Below are positions 56,128 to 64,000 of a DNA stretch of 64,000 nt, one piece after another. The translations under genes were made by a program, and so were the position numbers. The first letter of the stretch is position 1. Every line of letters starts with the position of its first letter. The notes under the pieces are model-generated. The model saw only the letters and a list, made by a program, of their open reading frames with translations, was not told where the DNA came from and ran no database searches. The DNA is from a virus. The stretch is from positions 1 through 64,000 of the IMG/VR virus record IMGVR_UViG_3300032073_000007, one strand, 5' to 3'.

Positions 56128-57630
56128 TTAGTTAGAAACTTCTACTGAGAAGTTCTTCTTCAGCCTCTCGACGAAAGAAATTTGTTCGCTAGCTTCTGCG
56201 TTATTATTAGGGATGGAAGCCTCGGCCTCATCTCCTTCAACTTCAAGCGCCTCTTCAGGCTCTTCTTCAGTTGCTTCCACTTCCTCTTCAATGTCATCTC
56301 CCTCTTCACGGCTAGCTACAGCTTCGTCAATGCGAGCTTTAATTTCAGCTTCCTGAGTTTCGATGTTCTTTTTGAGTTTGTGGGCAAAAATAACTTCAAG
56401 CTTATCTTTGTAATTGTTAAAGTCTTCATCGGAAGAACCAAGCTCCTTGACTTCTGCGGTAACTAAGGCAAGCTCTTTTTCATTAAGCTCGTAGTCGCTG
56501 TCAATAAAGTTCATACGGTCATTAAAAAGATCCACAGCGGCTTTGGCCTCTACTTCGTTTTTAAGAGTATTGAGTTCTTCTTTAGTATGCTTGAAAGAGT
56601 CTTGTAACTCTGCAAGCTCCGCTTCGGCTTTAGCCTTGGCTTCCTTTTCAACTTCCATCTTGGATGTCCAAGACTCGTTGTGTTCTACGAGAGTATCACG
56701 GATAGTCTCGCTAACAGTTTTAGCCTCTGAGCCTTCCTTCACTGCGGAAGCAACGCTCTTGGACAACTGAGTAATAAGTTGGTCGAATTGTTCTTTATCC
56801 ATATTAAAAATGTTTTTTAATTTGTTTGACTTTACATTAATATTAGTGTTTCGGGAAATTTTTTCTAATTTTTTATCACTTGAGTCATCTTTAGTTGTAT
56901 AAACTCCTGTGACAGCAGCGGCTGGGTTTTTAGTTAAAGCCGCTCCTAATGGATACGTTTGACCAACAATCAATCTATTAACAGGCTCGCCTTCTGGATT
57001 TTCTCCTTTGCCACCTAAACCCTTGACATATTGTTTTAGGTCTTCTTTTTCTGCACCTGTCACAACAGTTGAATCTTGTAAAAATTTAGATCCAACAGCT
57101 ACTTCAAATTCTTTAAATGCTAATTCCCAGCTAGTAGAAATACTTTGATAGGTTTCGTTATCTTCATTTGAAGCTTCTTCAATTGCCTCTGCTAATTTTG
57201 GGTAAACTGACTTATAAATTAAACCAGCAGCATTCATGTAGAATGGCTCCTTTTTGTCGGCGTAAGATTCAATATCGTTATTTTTAAAGTCAAACTCTCG
57301 TTCTGAGAAGGACGCATTAATCATGTGGCCGACGATTTTATCTTTTTTATGTTCGATATTAATCGGTTTATTGATAAATCTTTTTATAGCAGCTATGGCA
57401 GTCTTAGCGTCGATGCCATCGCCATTTTTGTTGAACTCATTAACTTTTGCTAAGTTAAAGACAACAGGTAAAACATCAATATTTTGATCTGGGTCAAATC
57501 CCTCTGGCAGCAGTGATTCTGCGGCTTCTTGAATATTTGCCTGAGAGAGTCCGAATGCTTCGAACTCTTCATCTTTTATCTCTCTTACCTTGCCTTCAAA
57601 TAAACAAATATTAAAATCATCCAATGACAT
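56128..57630 (-). CDS. Prohead protease-scaffold fusion
   Basis: NKNGD, INIEH, STSWE and GAALTKNPAA; acidic coiled-coil C-terminus; GTGTAA 8 nt upstream. Confidence 0.8.
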   Translation of the reverse strand: MSLDDFNICLFEGKVREIKDEEFEAFGLSQANIQEAAESLLPEGFDPDQNIDVLPVVFNLAKVNEFNKNGDGIDAKTAIAAIKRFINKPINIEHKKDKIVGHMINASFSEREFDFKNNDIESYADKKEPFYMNAAGLIYKSVYPKLAEAIEEASNEDNETYQSISTSWELAFKEFEVAVGSKFLQDSTVVTGAEKEDLKQYVKGLGGKGENPEGEPVNRLIVGQTYPLGAALTKNPAAAVTGVYTTKDDSSDKKLEKISRNTNINVKSNKLKNIFNMDKEQFDQLITQLSKSVASAVKEGSEAKTVSETIRDTLVEHNESWTSKMEVEKEAKAKAEAELAELQDSFKHTKEELNTLKNEVEAKAAVDLFNDRMNFIDSDYELNEKELALVTAEVKELGSSDEDFNNYKDKLEVIFAHKLKKNIETQEAEIKARIDEAVASREEGDDIEEEVEATEEEPEEALEVEGDEAEASIPNNNAEASEQISFVERLKKNFSVEVSN

Positions 57631-57638
57631 ACTTCTTC

Positions 57639-59600
57639 TTACACAGAAATTTGAGTTGAATGATATAAAATTGCAGAAGACAAGTCATCTAACTGATGTT
57701 GAGAACCCAATTCAAGAACCTTGGCATTGACATTTAATAAACTTATTTTGTCTAAATCTTCTACTATTTCAGTTAAAGTAGGCTCCCATTCACTTGCGTC
57801 TTTTGCTATAACAATAGATTCACAAACTTGAGTAACCATTTCTTTTTTTTGCTTAGACATCCGTTTCAAACCGAATTTAGAAGCAAATTCTTTAAAGGCT
57901 AATAGTTCAAATTCATTTAATCTTTTAGTTGCCTCGACAATATTCTTTTTTGAATAATTTGAGTTTGATACTCCTACTGGTCTACCACCAGAAGGCGAGA
58001 CAGGTTTCTCTTCTTTTTTTTCTGGCTCTGATGAAGTTTCACCATCATCATACAAATTTATTGTATTAACTAAGGGCATGTAGTGTCCCTTTTCTCTATC
58101 GTCTACAAATTTCGTTTGAGCCGCTTCCATATCTTTCCCTTGAGGGAAAACTCCAGTATGAACAACTTGCATCCCTTGTTCTGGGGTAAGAACACCAAGC
58201 TCCATAAGTCTCGTTGCTAGCTTGGACAAGTTATTATCATCCATCGTATCTGTCTTTGCAAACTTCGCTTCTGGGAAGCTACGCAAGCCAGCAGCCTTAC
58301 AGATTCTTCTAATTTCTGGATTAATAAAGTCATGCAAGAAAGATCTCCTAGACTCTTCAAGCCTTTGGAAGAAAACCTTCATTTTCATTGTGGCATCAGA
58401 ATACTTTGAATCGCCAATCAAAACATTTTGCAAACCATCTTCAATGTCTTTGTTAATAACTGCATATTTTTCTGGCCCAACAACTTTTCTAATATCAGGA
58501 ATGATAAAATCTGCTTTAGTAGTATAATCAGAAACAAGCACACGACCTACGCTTTGATTTTTAAATATCTGCTGCATAGCTGCTAGATTTCTATGATTTA
58601 CTCCTCCCTTGTCTGGCTCATTACCCATCGTGACAAGTAACACAACATTCTCAATAGATCTACTAATTGCCTGATCAATGTTTTTTAATTCTATTTTTCT
58701 ATTGATATCGTCTAGAACAGAATAACCGACTGGAACAGCCATCGGCTCATAGTCTTGTTTTTTAGAAAAGACTACATGTAATAACTTAGGATCTAATTTA
58801 ATTTGAATCCTTGTCATTGCATATTGATTCTTCCCGTTGGTAAGTGCTTCTTGCACATCTTTTGGTAAAGATTTAAACATCTCTAACTCATGATCTGTCT
58901 CTGGTTTTTGGAGCCTAGAGATCTCAAAAGGAGTTAAGACTTTGAAATATTCATAACCACTAAAAGAAACCGAACCTTTGGTCGCTATATCTGTAGGGTT
59001 AATCAGTAAATATTTTATAGGAATTTCTTTTCTCGCGCTTGCCCCATATGCCTCCAACATTTTTTGAGAGTTTTTGAGTGGTATTTTTCCATCCACTCTA
59101 TAAAAGAAGACATTTCCCGATCTGTAATATTCTCTAAAATATTGTTCTTTTAAGTTGTGCATCCTGATTCTCTTGAACCAAGCATCAATAAATTTTCTTG
59201 ATTTATCATTACCCCCCTCTAAATAAATATCAGAGTCTGCAAACTCAGACAATAGATCTACAGTCCCCCTAAATGACGAAATATTAAAGTAAGCTTTCTG
59301 ACAAAGTTCTACCGCCTCCCTAGTGTCTGCCCCTCCTTTTTCATAATTAAAGGGTAAAATACCATTTTTAATATTTTCAAATTTGTTATCTAACCCCAAA
59401 GTCGCTACTGCGTTGGTTCGCGCCTTTGTTCTGGCTGTTGGAGAAGTCAAACGTGAAGCCTCGCTTGAACTAAAAATAGGTTCGCCAATTAGCTCTGGGC
59501 TAAAACCATCTTCTTGTGGGTTTAATAAATTTTCTATGGGAGTATCCGTCTTGTTGAATTTTTCCCAATACTCTGATCTTTTGGTATATTTACGAGGCAT
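57639..59600 (-). CDS. Portal protein
   Basis: Between TerL and the protease; REYYRSGNVFFY; likely start MPRKY with GTGTAA 8 nt upstream. Confidence 0.8.
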   Translation of the reverse strand: MPRKYTKRSEYWEKFNKTDTPIENLLNPQEDGFSPELIGEPIFSSSEASRLTSPTARTKARTNAVATLGLDNKFENIKNGILPFNYEKGGADTREAVELCQKAYFNISSFRGTVDLLSEFADSDIYLEGGNDKSRKFIDAWFKRIRMHNLKEQYFREYYRSGNVFFYRVDGKIPLKNSQKMLEAYGASARKEIPIKYLLINPTDIATKGSVSFSGYEYFKVLTPFEISRLQKPETDHELEMFKSLPKDVQEALTNGKNQYAMTRIQIKLDPKLLHVVFSKKQDYEPMAVPVGYSVLDDINRKIELKNIDQAISRSIENVVLLVTMGNEPDKGGVNHRNLAAMQQIFKNQSVGRVLVSDYTTKADFIIPDIRKVVGPEKYAVINKDIEDGLQNVLIGDSKYSDATMKMKVFFQRLEESRRSFLHDFINPEIRRICKAAGLRSFPEAKFAKTDTMDDNNLSKLATRLMELGVLTPEQGMQVVHTGVFPQGKDMEAAQTKFVDDREKGHYMPLVNTINLYDDGETSSEPEKKEEKPVSPSGGRPVGVSNSNYSKKNIVEATKRLNEFELLAFKEFASKFGLKRMSKQKKEMVTQVCESIVIAKDASEWEPTLTEIVEDLDKISLLNVNAKVLELGSQHQLDDLSSAILYHSTQISV

Positions 59601-59643
59601 ATGAAAGTTTACACTAAAGTTATAAAAGTTACTTTGAAACTTT

Positions 59644-61539
59644 TCAAATCGCAAAGGGAATAAATGTTCCTTCTGGTTTCTGCTCTAAAGATGCATTCTC
59701 AGCATCAAAGAATACTTTTGCAAACCAATTCCCTAGAACTAAAGAAGAATAAGAGTCTTTTCTAGCTCTATTCGGGCCTTTCTGTCTTCTTAAATTTTGA
59801 GGTAAGTTAAATGATTGAGAGCCTTGGGGGTTAGCAATAACCTCAATGTTAGCGCATTCCGACTTTGTAAGTTCAACCACATACTTTTGGTGGTCTATGA
59901 AATCAATCATCATAGCTCCCTTAGAAGCCTTGGGGGATTTTATGTCCCAGTTTAATTTATCTATAGGCAAATTCTTTTTTCTTTGCTCATCAAAGTGAGA
60001 GTCGATTGCTCTAGAAGCAAATAAAATTCTTTTATGGTCTATCGCTGCTTGCAACATCTCATTGGCATTTCTAATCCAGTTTGATGTAGGTTTTCTTAAG
60101 ATGCAGTAATTCCTTTCTCTTAAGTTATATTGATTTTTAAAACTTGTTATATCTGTATTCCAGTTCTCTGGCTTCTCTAAATCAACATCAATCACACCTA
60201 TGTTTATATTCTCGTTTTTAAACAAAGCACTTTCGTTACAAGAATTTATAAACTGAACTCCTCCATTATAGTCACCACATATACCTACAATATTAAAATG
60301 TTTCAGCAAGTATAGCATATATTCCATATGCTGTTTTAAAGAAACCCCTGCTATGGCATAACCATGAACTAAACAAACTTTTTGTGCTTCTCTGTCTATC
60401 TTGAAGACATGCATAGCAAAATGGTCAGCACTTGTGTTCCCAGCCCAGTTTGGGTCAAAAGATAATAAGTATTCATGACTGGGGTTACCAACTACTTCGA
60501 CAGCGGGTAATTCTCCGTCTGGTATCGTGCAAGCGGCCATCTTTGATAATCTGTAATATCCATCACTCTCATCTATGAATTGTGCGCCAAACTCTCTTTT
60601 AAACTGCATTTCACTCATGGTGGCTTTAGCTTGTTTAAGCAGATTCTGATCGTATAGCATTGATGGGGCGCAGTCGTAACTAAGCTGCATTATTAGCCTA
60701 TAAGCATCATCTTTAAGGGTATCCTCTTCCTCATCTTCTTGCCCATCCCCTTGTCCTTGTATTAACTCTTCATATTTTTTATAGAGTTTATACATATACT
60801 CAAATTTAAATGATGGAGATGAAAGAATAATAAGTTTGTTATTAGGCCATATATATCTATCCTTTTCTCTCATCTCGCCTTTGTCGATTAGACGGGATTC
60901 TAAATTGTATAGTTCCTCCCTCTCGATAGGATTCTCTACCACCCCCAAAAATGGTATAATAACTTCATTAAATATTTTTTCAGGTATCGTTAAGAACTCA
61001 TCCAACACAATCCTATTAAATCGAAATCCACGAAGTCTCTCACCATTAGCTAACGGAAGGGCTATCGCCCTAGCCTTACCTAAAGTCATTGTCCATTGGT
61101 CAGTTCCTTTTGTTATTTTAAATCCACATTCTTTAATTAGACTTGCTTCGGGTTTGCTAATTATATCCTCCATCTTTTGGAAGATTTGTTTAGATTGCCT
61201 AAATGTCCCAGCAATAACCCCTATGTTTGAATTTGGGTTGAGTAGGCACTCCAGTAATACGTAGATCGCAGTAGAGAATGTCTTCGACATACCTCGCGAG
61301 AATACGAACATGGAATAGTCAGAAACCATCATCCCCTTAATAGCCATAGCCTGAAAGGGGAATAACTTAACACCTAAAAATAACTCAGAAGTAAATGCTA
61401 TATTGTTCCGCAAGAACTTATACAGCAAATACTTCGCTTCTTCTTCTTTGATACTGCCATCAATTCCCTTTAGGAACTCGTTGAGTTCCTGAGAGGAATG
61501 CTCAAACCGATATCCTTGTTCTCCCTTTGTCCAAGACAT
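59644..61539 (-). CDS. terL: Terminase large subunit
   Basis: LFPFQ, SRGMSKT, RGFR..IVLDEF, FKREFGAQF, SFDP and RKDSYS. Confidence 0.92.
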   Translation of the reverse strand: MSWTKGEQGYRFEHSSQELNEFLKGIDGSIKEEEAKYLLYKFLRNNIAFTSELFLGVKLFPFQAMAIKGMMVSDYSMFVFSRGMSKTFSTAIYVLLECLLNPNSNIGVIAGTFRQSKQIFQKMEDIISKPEASLIKECGFKITKGTDQWTMTLGKARAIALPLANGERLRGFRFNRIVLDEFLTIPEKIFNEVIIPFLGVVENPIEREELYNLESRLIDKGEMREKDRYIWPNNKLIILSSPSFKFEYMYKLYKKYEELIQGQGDGQEDEEEDTLKDDAYRLIMQLSYDCAPSMLYDQNLLKQAKATMSEMQFKREFGAQFIDESDGYYRLSKMAACTIPDGELPAVEVVGNPSHEYLLSFDPNWAGNTSADHFAMHVFKIDREAQKVCLVHGYAIAGVSLKQHMEYMLYLLKHFNIVGICGDYNGGVQFINSCNESALFKNENINIGVIDVDLEKPENWNTDITSFKNQYNLRERNYCILRKPTSNWIRNANEMLQAAIDHKRILFASRAIDSHFDEQRKKNLPIDKLNWDIKSPKASKGAMMIDFIDHQKYVVELTKSECANIEVIANPQGSQSFNLPQNLRRQKGPNRARKDSYSSLVLGNWFAKVFFDAENASLEQKPEGTFIPFAI

Positions 61540-62455
61540 TTACTCGTTCGTCTATAAAATATTGTAAGTCAACATTCCACATAGCTTCTCCGTGATAAAG
61601 AATAAGTGGAATTAGCTTTTTAGCTCCTGCTCTGTTGTGTGCAAAAATGATTTGTATGTTTTTGGGGTAGTCTATAATTAAGTTTCTTATATTGTGCCAT
61701 AGGTAACCAAGATTAGACTTAAACTTAGAAGTCTTGTTGTCTTCTTCTAATTTGTCTATTGTTGTTTCTGCTACAACAAACATGTAAGAGTTAAACTCTA
61801 CGCACCTGTCCATCTCGCGTCGAAACCTGTCAATGTCCTTACCGAAGGTTTGCCTAAAGTCATCTTGTGATTTGCGATCAACAAATGTCTTTGTATATAG
61901 GTCTCCTCTTGCAGTATAGTCTCCGAAGTCTAATTTATTTGTTACAGAGTCTTGAAACTTAAGTGGGGCTTTTTCTCTAGTGTCAGTAAAGATAGGTATA
62001 GTCTGATAGTCATGCTCCCAGAAATCTTTGGGTAGATTTGTATTGAAGTAATTTTCTACCTCAAGTTCTTCTAAGAAGGCAGAATAAGAACCCCAGAACT
62101 TTTTATAGTAAAATATGCTTGCCATCTGCGACAAGTCATAAAAAAGGTTTGGCGGTGATATAGAAATTTCTTTTGATGTAAATTTATCTACTACCTTTTC
62201 TTTGATATATGTTTTGACCTCCTCCTCTGGAGCCGAGTCCATCCATAACTTAAAATTATCATAACAGTTAAAGCTATCCCTAAAATATTGATCATAAGAT
62301 CGAAAAGCCAGTTTTTCACCCGTGTATAGGTCTCTTCGGTCGTAGTGTTTGACATAATAATCTCCTATAGTTAGAGAATGAGCTTTCAAGTGAGCATGGA
62401 AGCTCCTCTTTTTGTCAAACTCTTTACCACATTCTTTACAGACAAAATTGCTCAT
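61502..62455 (-). CDS. C2H2 zinc finger plus ERCC4/XPF-type nuclease
   Basis: CKEC-x12-HLKAH; DTREK, GDY and DRKS.DD. Confidence 0.75.
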   Translation of the reverse strand: MSNFVCKECGKEFDKKRSFHAHLKAHSLTIGDYYVKHYDRRDLYTGEKLAFRSYDQYFRDSFNCYDNFKLWMDSAPEEEVKTYIKEKVVDKFTSKEISISPPNLFYDLSQMASIFYYKKFWGSYSAFLEELEVENYFNTNLPKDFWEHDYQTIPIFTDTREKAPLKFQDSVTNKLDFGDYTARGDLYTKTFVDRKSQDDFRQTFGKDIDRFRREMDRCVEFNSYMFVVAETTIDKLEEDNKTSKFKSNLGYLWHNIRNLIIDYPKNIQIIFAHNRAGAKKLIPLILYHGEAMWNVDLQYFIDERVNVLDKGRTRISV

Positions 62456-63513
62456 AAGATCTCTTTTTTAGATATTCCTAGAATCCGAGCTTTGTAGTCA
62501 TCCATAGACTCAAGTCGGTCAGCTTCTTCTTCGATTAGTTTGTTTTGCATTTCTGCCATCATAATCATCCTATCACGCTCCTCTTTCTCTTGAAATGCCT
62601 CCACTAGCGCAGCAATGCTACCGTTTTGCTCTCCTCTTGCCTTTAAACGCGCCTGACGGCTTCCGTTGAGGTCTTTGGTCAAAGATTCGATTCTTTTCTC
62701 ACATTGATTTAGCTCGTCGCTGGTGGCCTTTATAAGCTCAGTAAGACGCAAGGTTATATCTCGCTCATTTTCTGTGTCATTGAGCATATTGTTCAATCTG
62801 TCGATTCTTTGCTGAATATGCTTCTGACGAACATAGTTCGTGCAAACAGTAATATACAAGTTTAGCTCATCATTTGTTAAATCGGGCTTGTCCCACACCG
62901 TCCGAACAAACTCACTCTCAAATAAGTCTCTATCTGCTATTGTTGAGTATTGATTAATGAAATGAACGAAACGAGGACTCTTCAGGTAGAAGAGAAGCCT
63001 TTCGCACATTTTCTTTTGTTTTGTTTGTATTGATATTTCGTCAAATGTCTGACCAGCCCAATCGTTAACCTTCTTAATGGCCCTAGATAGCGATTTAGGA
63101 GGAGTCCACTTGTCACTAGTGATCATATCATTGTCATCGACAATCTCTGGCCTGTAACTACGGAGAAACTCCATAACCATCCTATGCTGCTGACTAAGTG
63201 GCTGTATCTCTCTATCCCGAAAAGCTAATCTAGTAGCCTCTAAAGCATTCATACCTCTCTCGATGTTATCACTCATCAAGAATTCTCTTTGTTCAGTTGT
63301 TAAATCTATTTCTTCAACTCTTTGTGGTGTGGTGGTATTAAATTCTAAATTATTATTAATTAAAAATGCTCTGACAGCCCGACCCTCCTTAGAACGACCA
63401 TCCAAACTATCGTTTTCAAACACTATTTGTGTGATATGCCTCAAATCTGGATTTTTAACGAACTCTTCTTGTATTTGAGTCTTTTGTTTCTCTGTTAATG
63501 CTAAATTGTTCAT
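62452..63513 (-). CDS. Hypothetical protein, possible terminase small subunit
   Basis: Coiled-coil C-terminus; position upstream of terL. Confidence 0.4.
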   Translation of the reverse strand: MNNLALTEKQKTQIQEEFVKNPDLRHITQIVFENDSLDGRSKEGRAVRAFLINNNLEFNTTTPQRVEEIDLTTEQREFLMSDNIERGMNALEATRLAFRDREIQPLSQQHRMVMEFLRSYRPEIVDDNDMITSDKWTPPKSLSRAIKKVNDWAGQTFDEISIQTKQKKMCERLLFYLKSPRFVHFINQYSTIADRDLFESEFVRTVWDKPDLTNDELNLYITVCTNYVRQKHIQQRIDRLNNMLNDTENERDITLRLTELIKATSDELNQCEKRIESLTKDLNGSRQARLKARGEQNGSIAALVEAFQEKEERDRMIMMAEMQNKLIEEEADRLESMDDYKARILGISKKEIL

Positions 63514-64000
63514 AAAATGTCATTGTTCTTTATAATCTTAAGAGCAATTAAATAAAATTTCTTTTTTAAATTTGCCATCTGTTTGTATCTCGGTTTTTTC
63601 CGCTTGGCAGAGTCGGCTTTGAACCCAAATTTCTTCGCAACATCATTTTCTTCAATGTTCTCGACGTAAAGCATGTAATAAATCTTTTTATGCTTCTCGC
63701 TTAACTGATCCATTACAAGTTTATGCAATTTCTCAGCCGAACCATCATAATCAACAAAATCTTTTATTGTCGCGGTTCCTGTCGAAACACCTTCTTCCAA
63801 AGCTAATGGAAGCTTTATGTTATACGCTCTTTCTTTTTTCTTTTTCCATTTAGCAAAATCAGGGCAAGATTCATCTTGCTCTTGGCTTTTTGTAAATTCA
63901 CAAGAGTTTGCCCCCATATTATGAGGGCAGCGCAAACATGGCTTTGCAAAACTTGAATAATTATTACGAATCAGGTTTTTAATCTGATTTGATATAATCA
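63510..64000 (-). CDS. Second sigma70-family factor with Cys cluster (5' end truncated by the window)
   Basis: Frame open to the edge: IISNQIKNLIRNNY..KPCLRCPH; region-4-like LSEKHKKIYYMLY..DVAKKFG. Confidence 0.65.
   Translation of the reverse strand, partial: IISNQIKNLIRNNYSSFAKPCLRCPHNMGANSCEFTKSQEQDESCPDFAKWKKKKERAYNIKLPLALEEGVSTGTATIKDFVDYDGSAEKLHKLVMDQLSEKHKKIYYMLYVENIEENDVAKKFGFKADSAKRKKPRYKQMANLKKKFYLIALKIIKNNDIL

Noticed and set aside
6825-61539. Inteins or introns in dnaE, dnaB, nrdA or terL
   Set aside because: Lengths are normal or short, and no splicing or LAGLIDADG motifs were seen
1-64000. tRNA genes, stop-codon recoding, integrase, tail sheath, diversity-generating retroelement
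   Set aside because: None recognised by eye; genes are intact and densely packed in the standard code. tRNAscan and HMM searches were not run

Overview
This window is a 64-kb slice of a large, AT-rich dsDNA tailed phage (Caudoviricetes), read in the standard genetic code. It is probably a siphovirus: it has a 1770-aa tape measure protein and no recognisable sheath gene. The host is inferred to be Gram-negative from a phage-encoded outer-membrane beta-barrel, a spanin-like pair and ADP-heptose enzymes. Left to right it holds: a lysis cassette; a Clp ATPase; a replication module (Pol III alpha split into PHP, exonuclease and core genes, plus primase, DnaB and a RecA-like protein); a large glycosylation cluster; class Ia RNR; a divergent intergenic ori candidate; a short plus-strand block (sigma factor, glycosyltransferases, Hsp20, SSB-like and annealing-like proteins); a head-neck-tail module; and a second, Cys-containing sigma factor cut by the window edge. 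The leading hypothesis is a phage-encoded virion O-glycosylation system. Eight glycosyltransferase ORFs, Gmd, HldD and an FkbM methylase co-occur with tail and baseplate proteins that are selectively enriched in [S/T]-G dipeptides. Other signals read directly from the DNA: a recurrent GTGTAA motif usually 8-11 nt before late-gene starts, many sigma70-type promoters positioned for leaderless mRNAs, a GT9 split across two ORFs, a promoter-driven structured RNA of about 70 nt, and an unannotated VGIGSTS-repeat gene. All family assignments come from motif recognition by eye, and all counts are manual.
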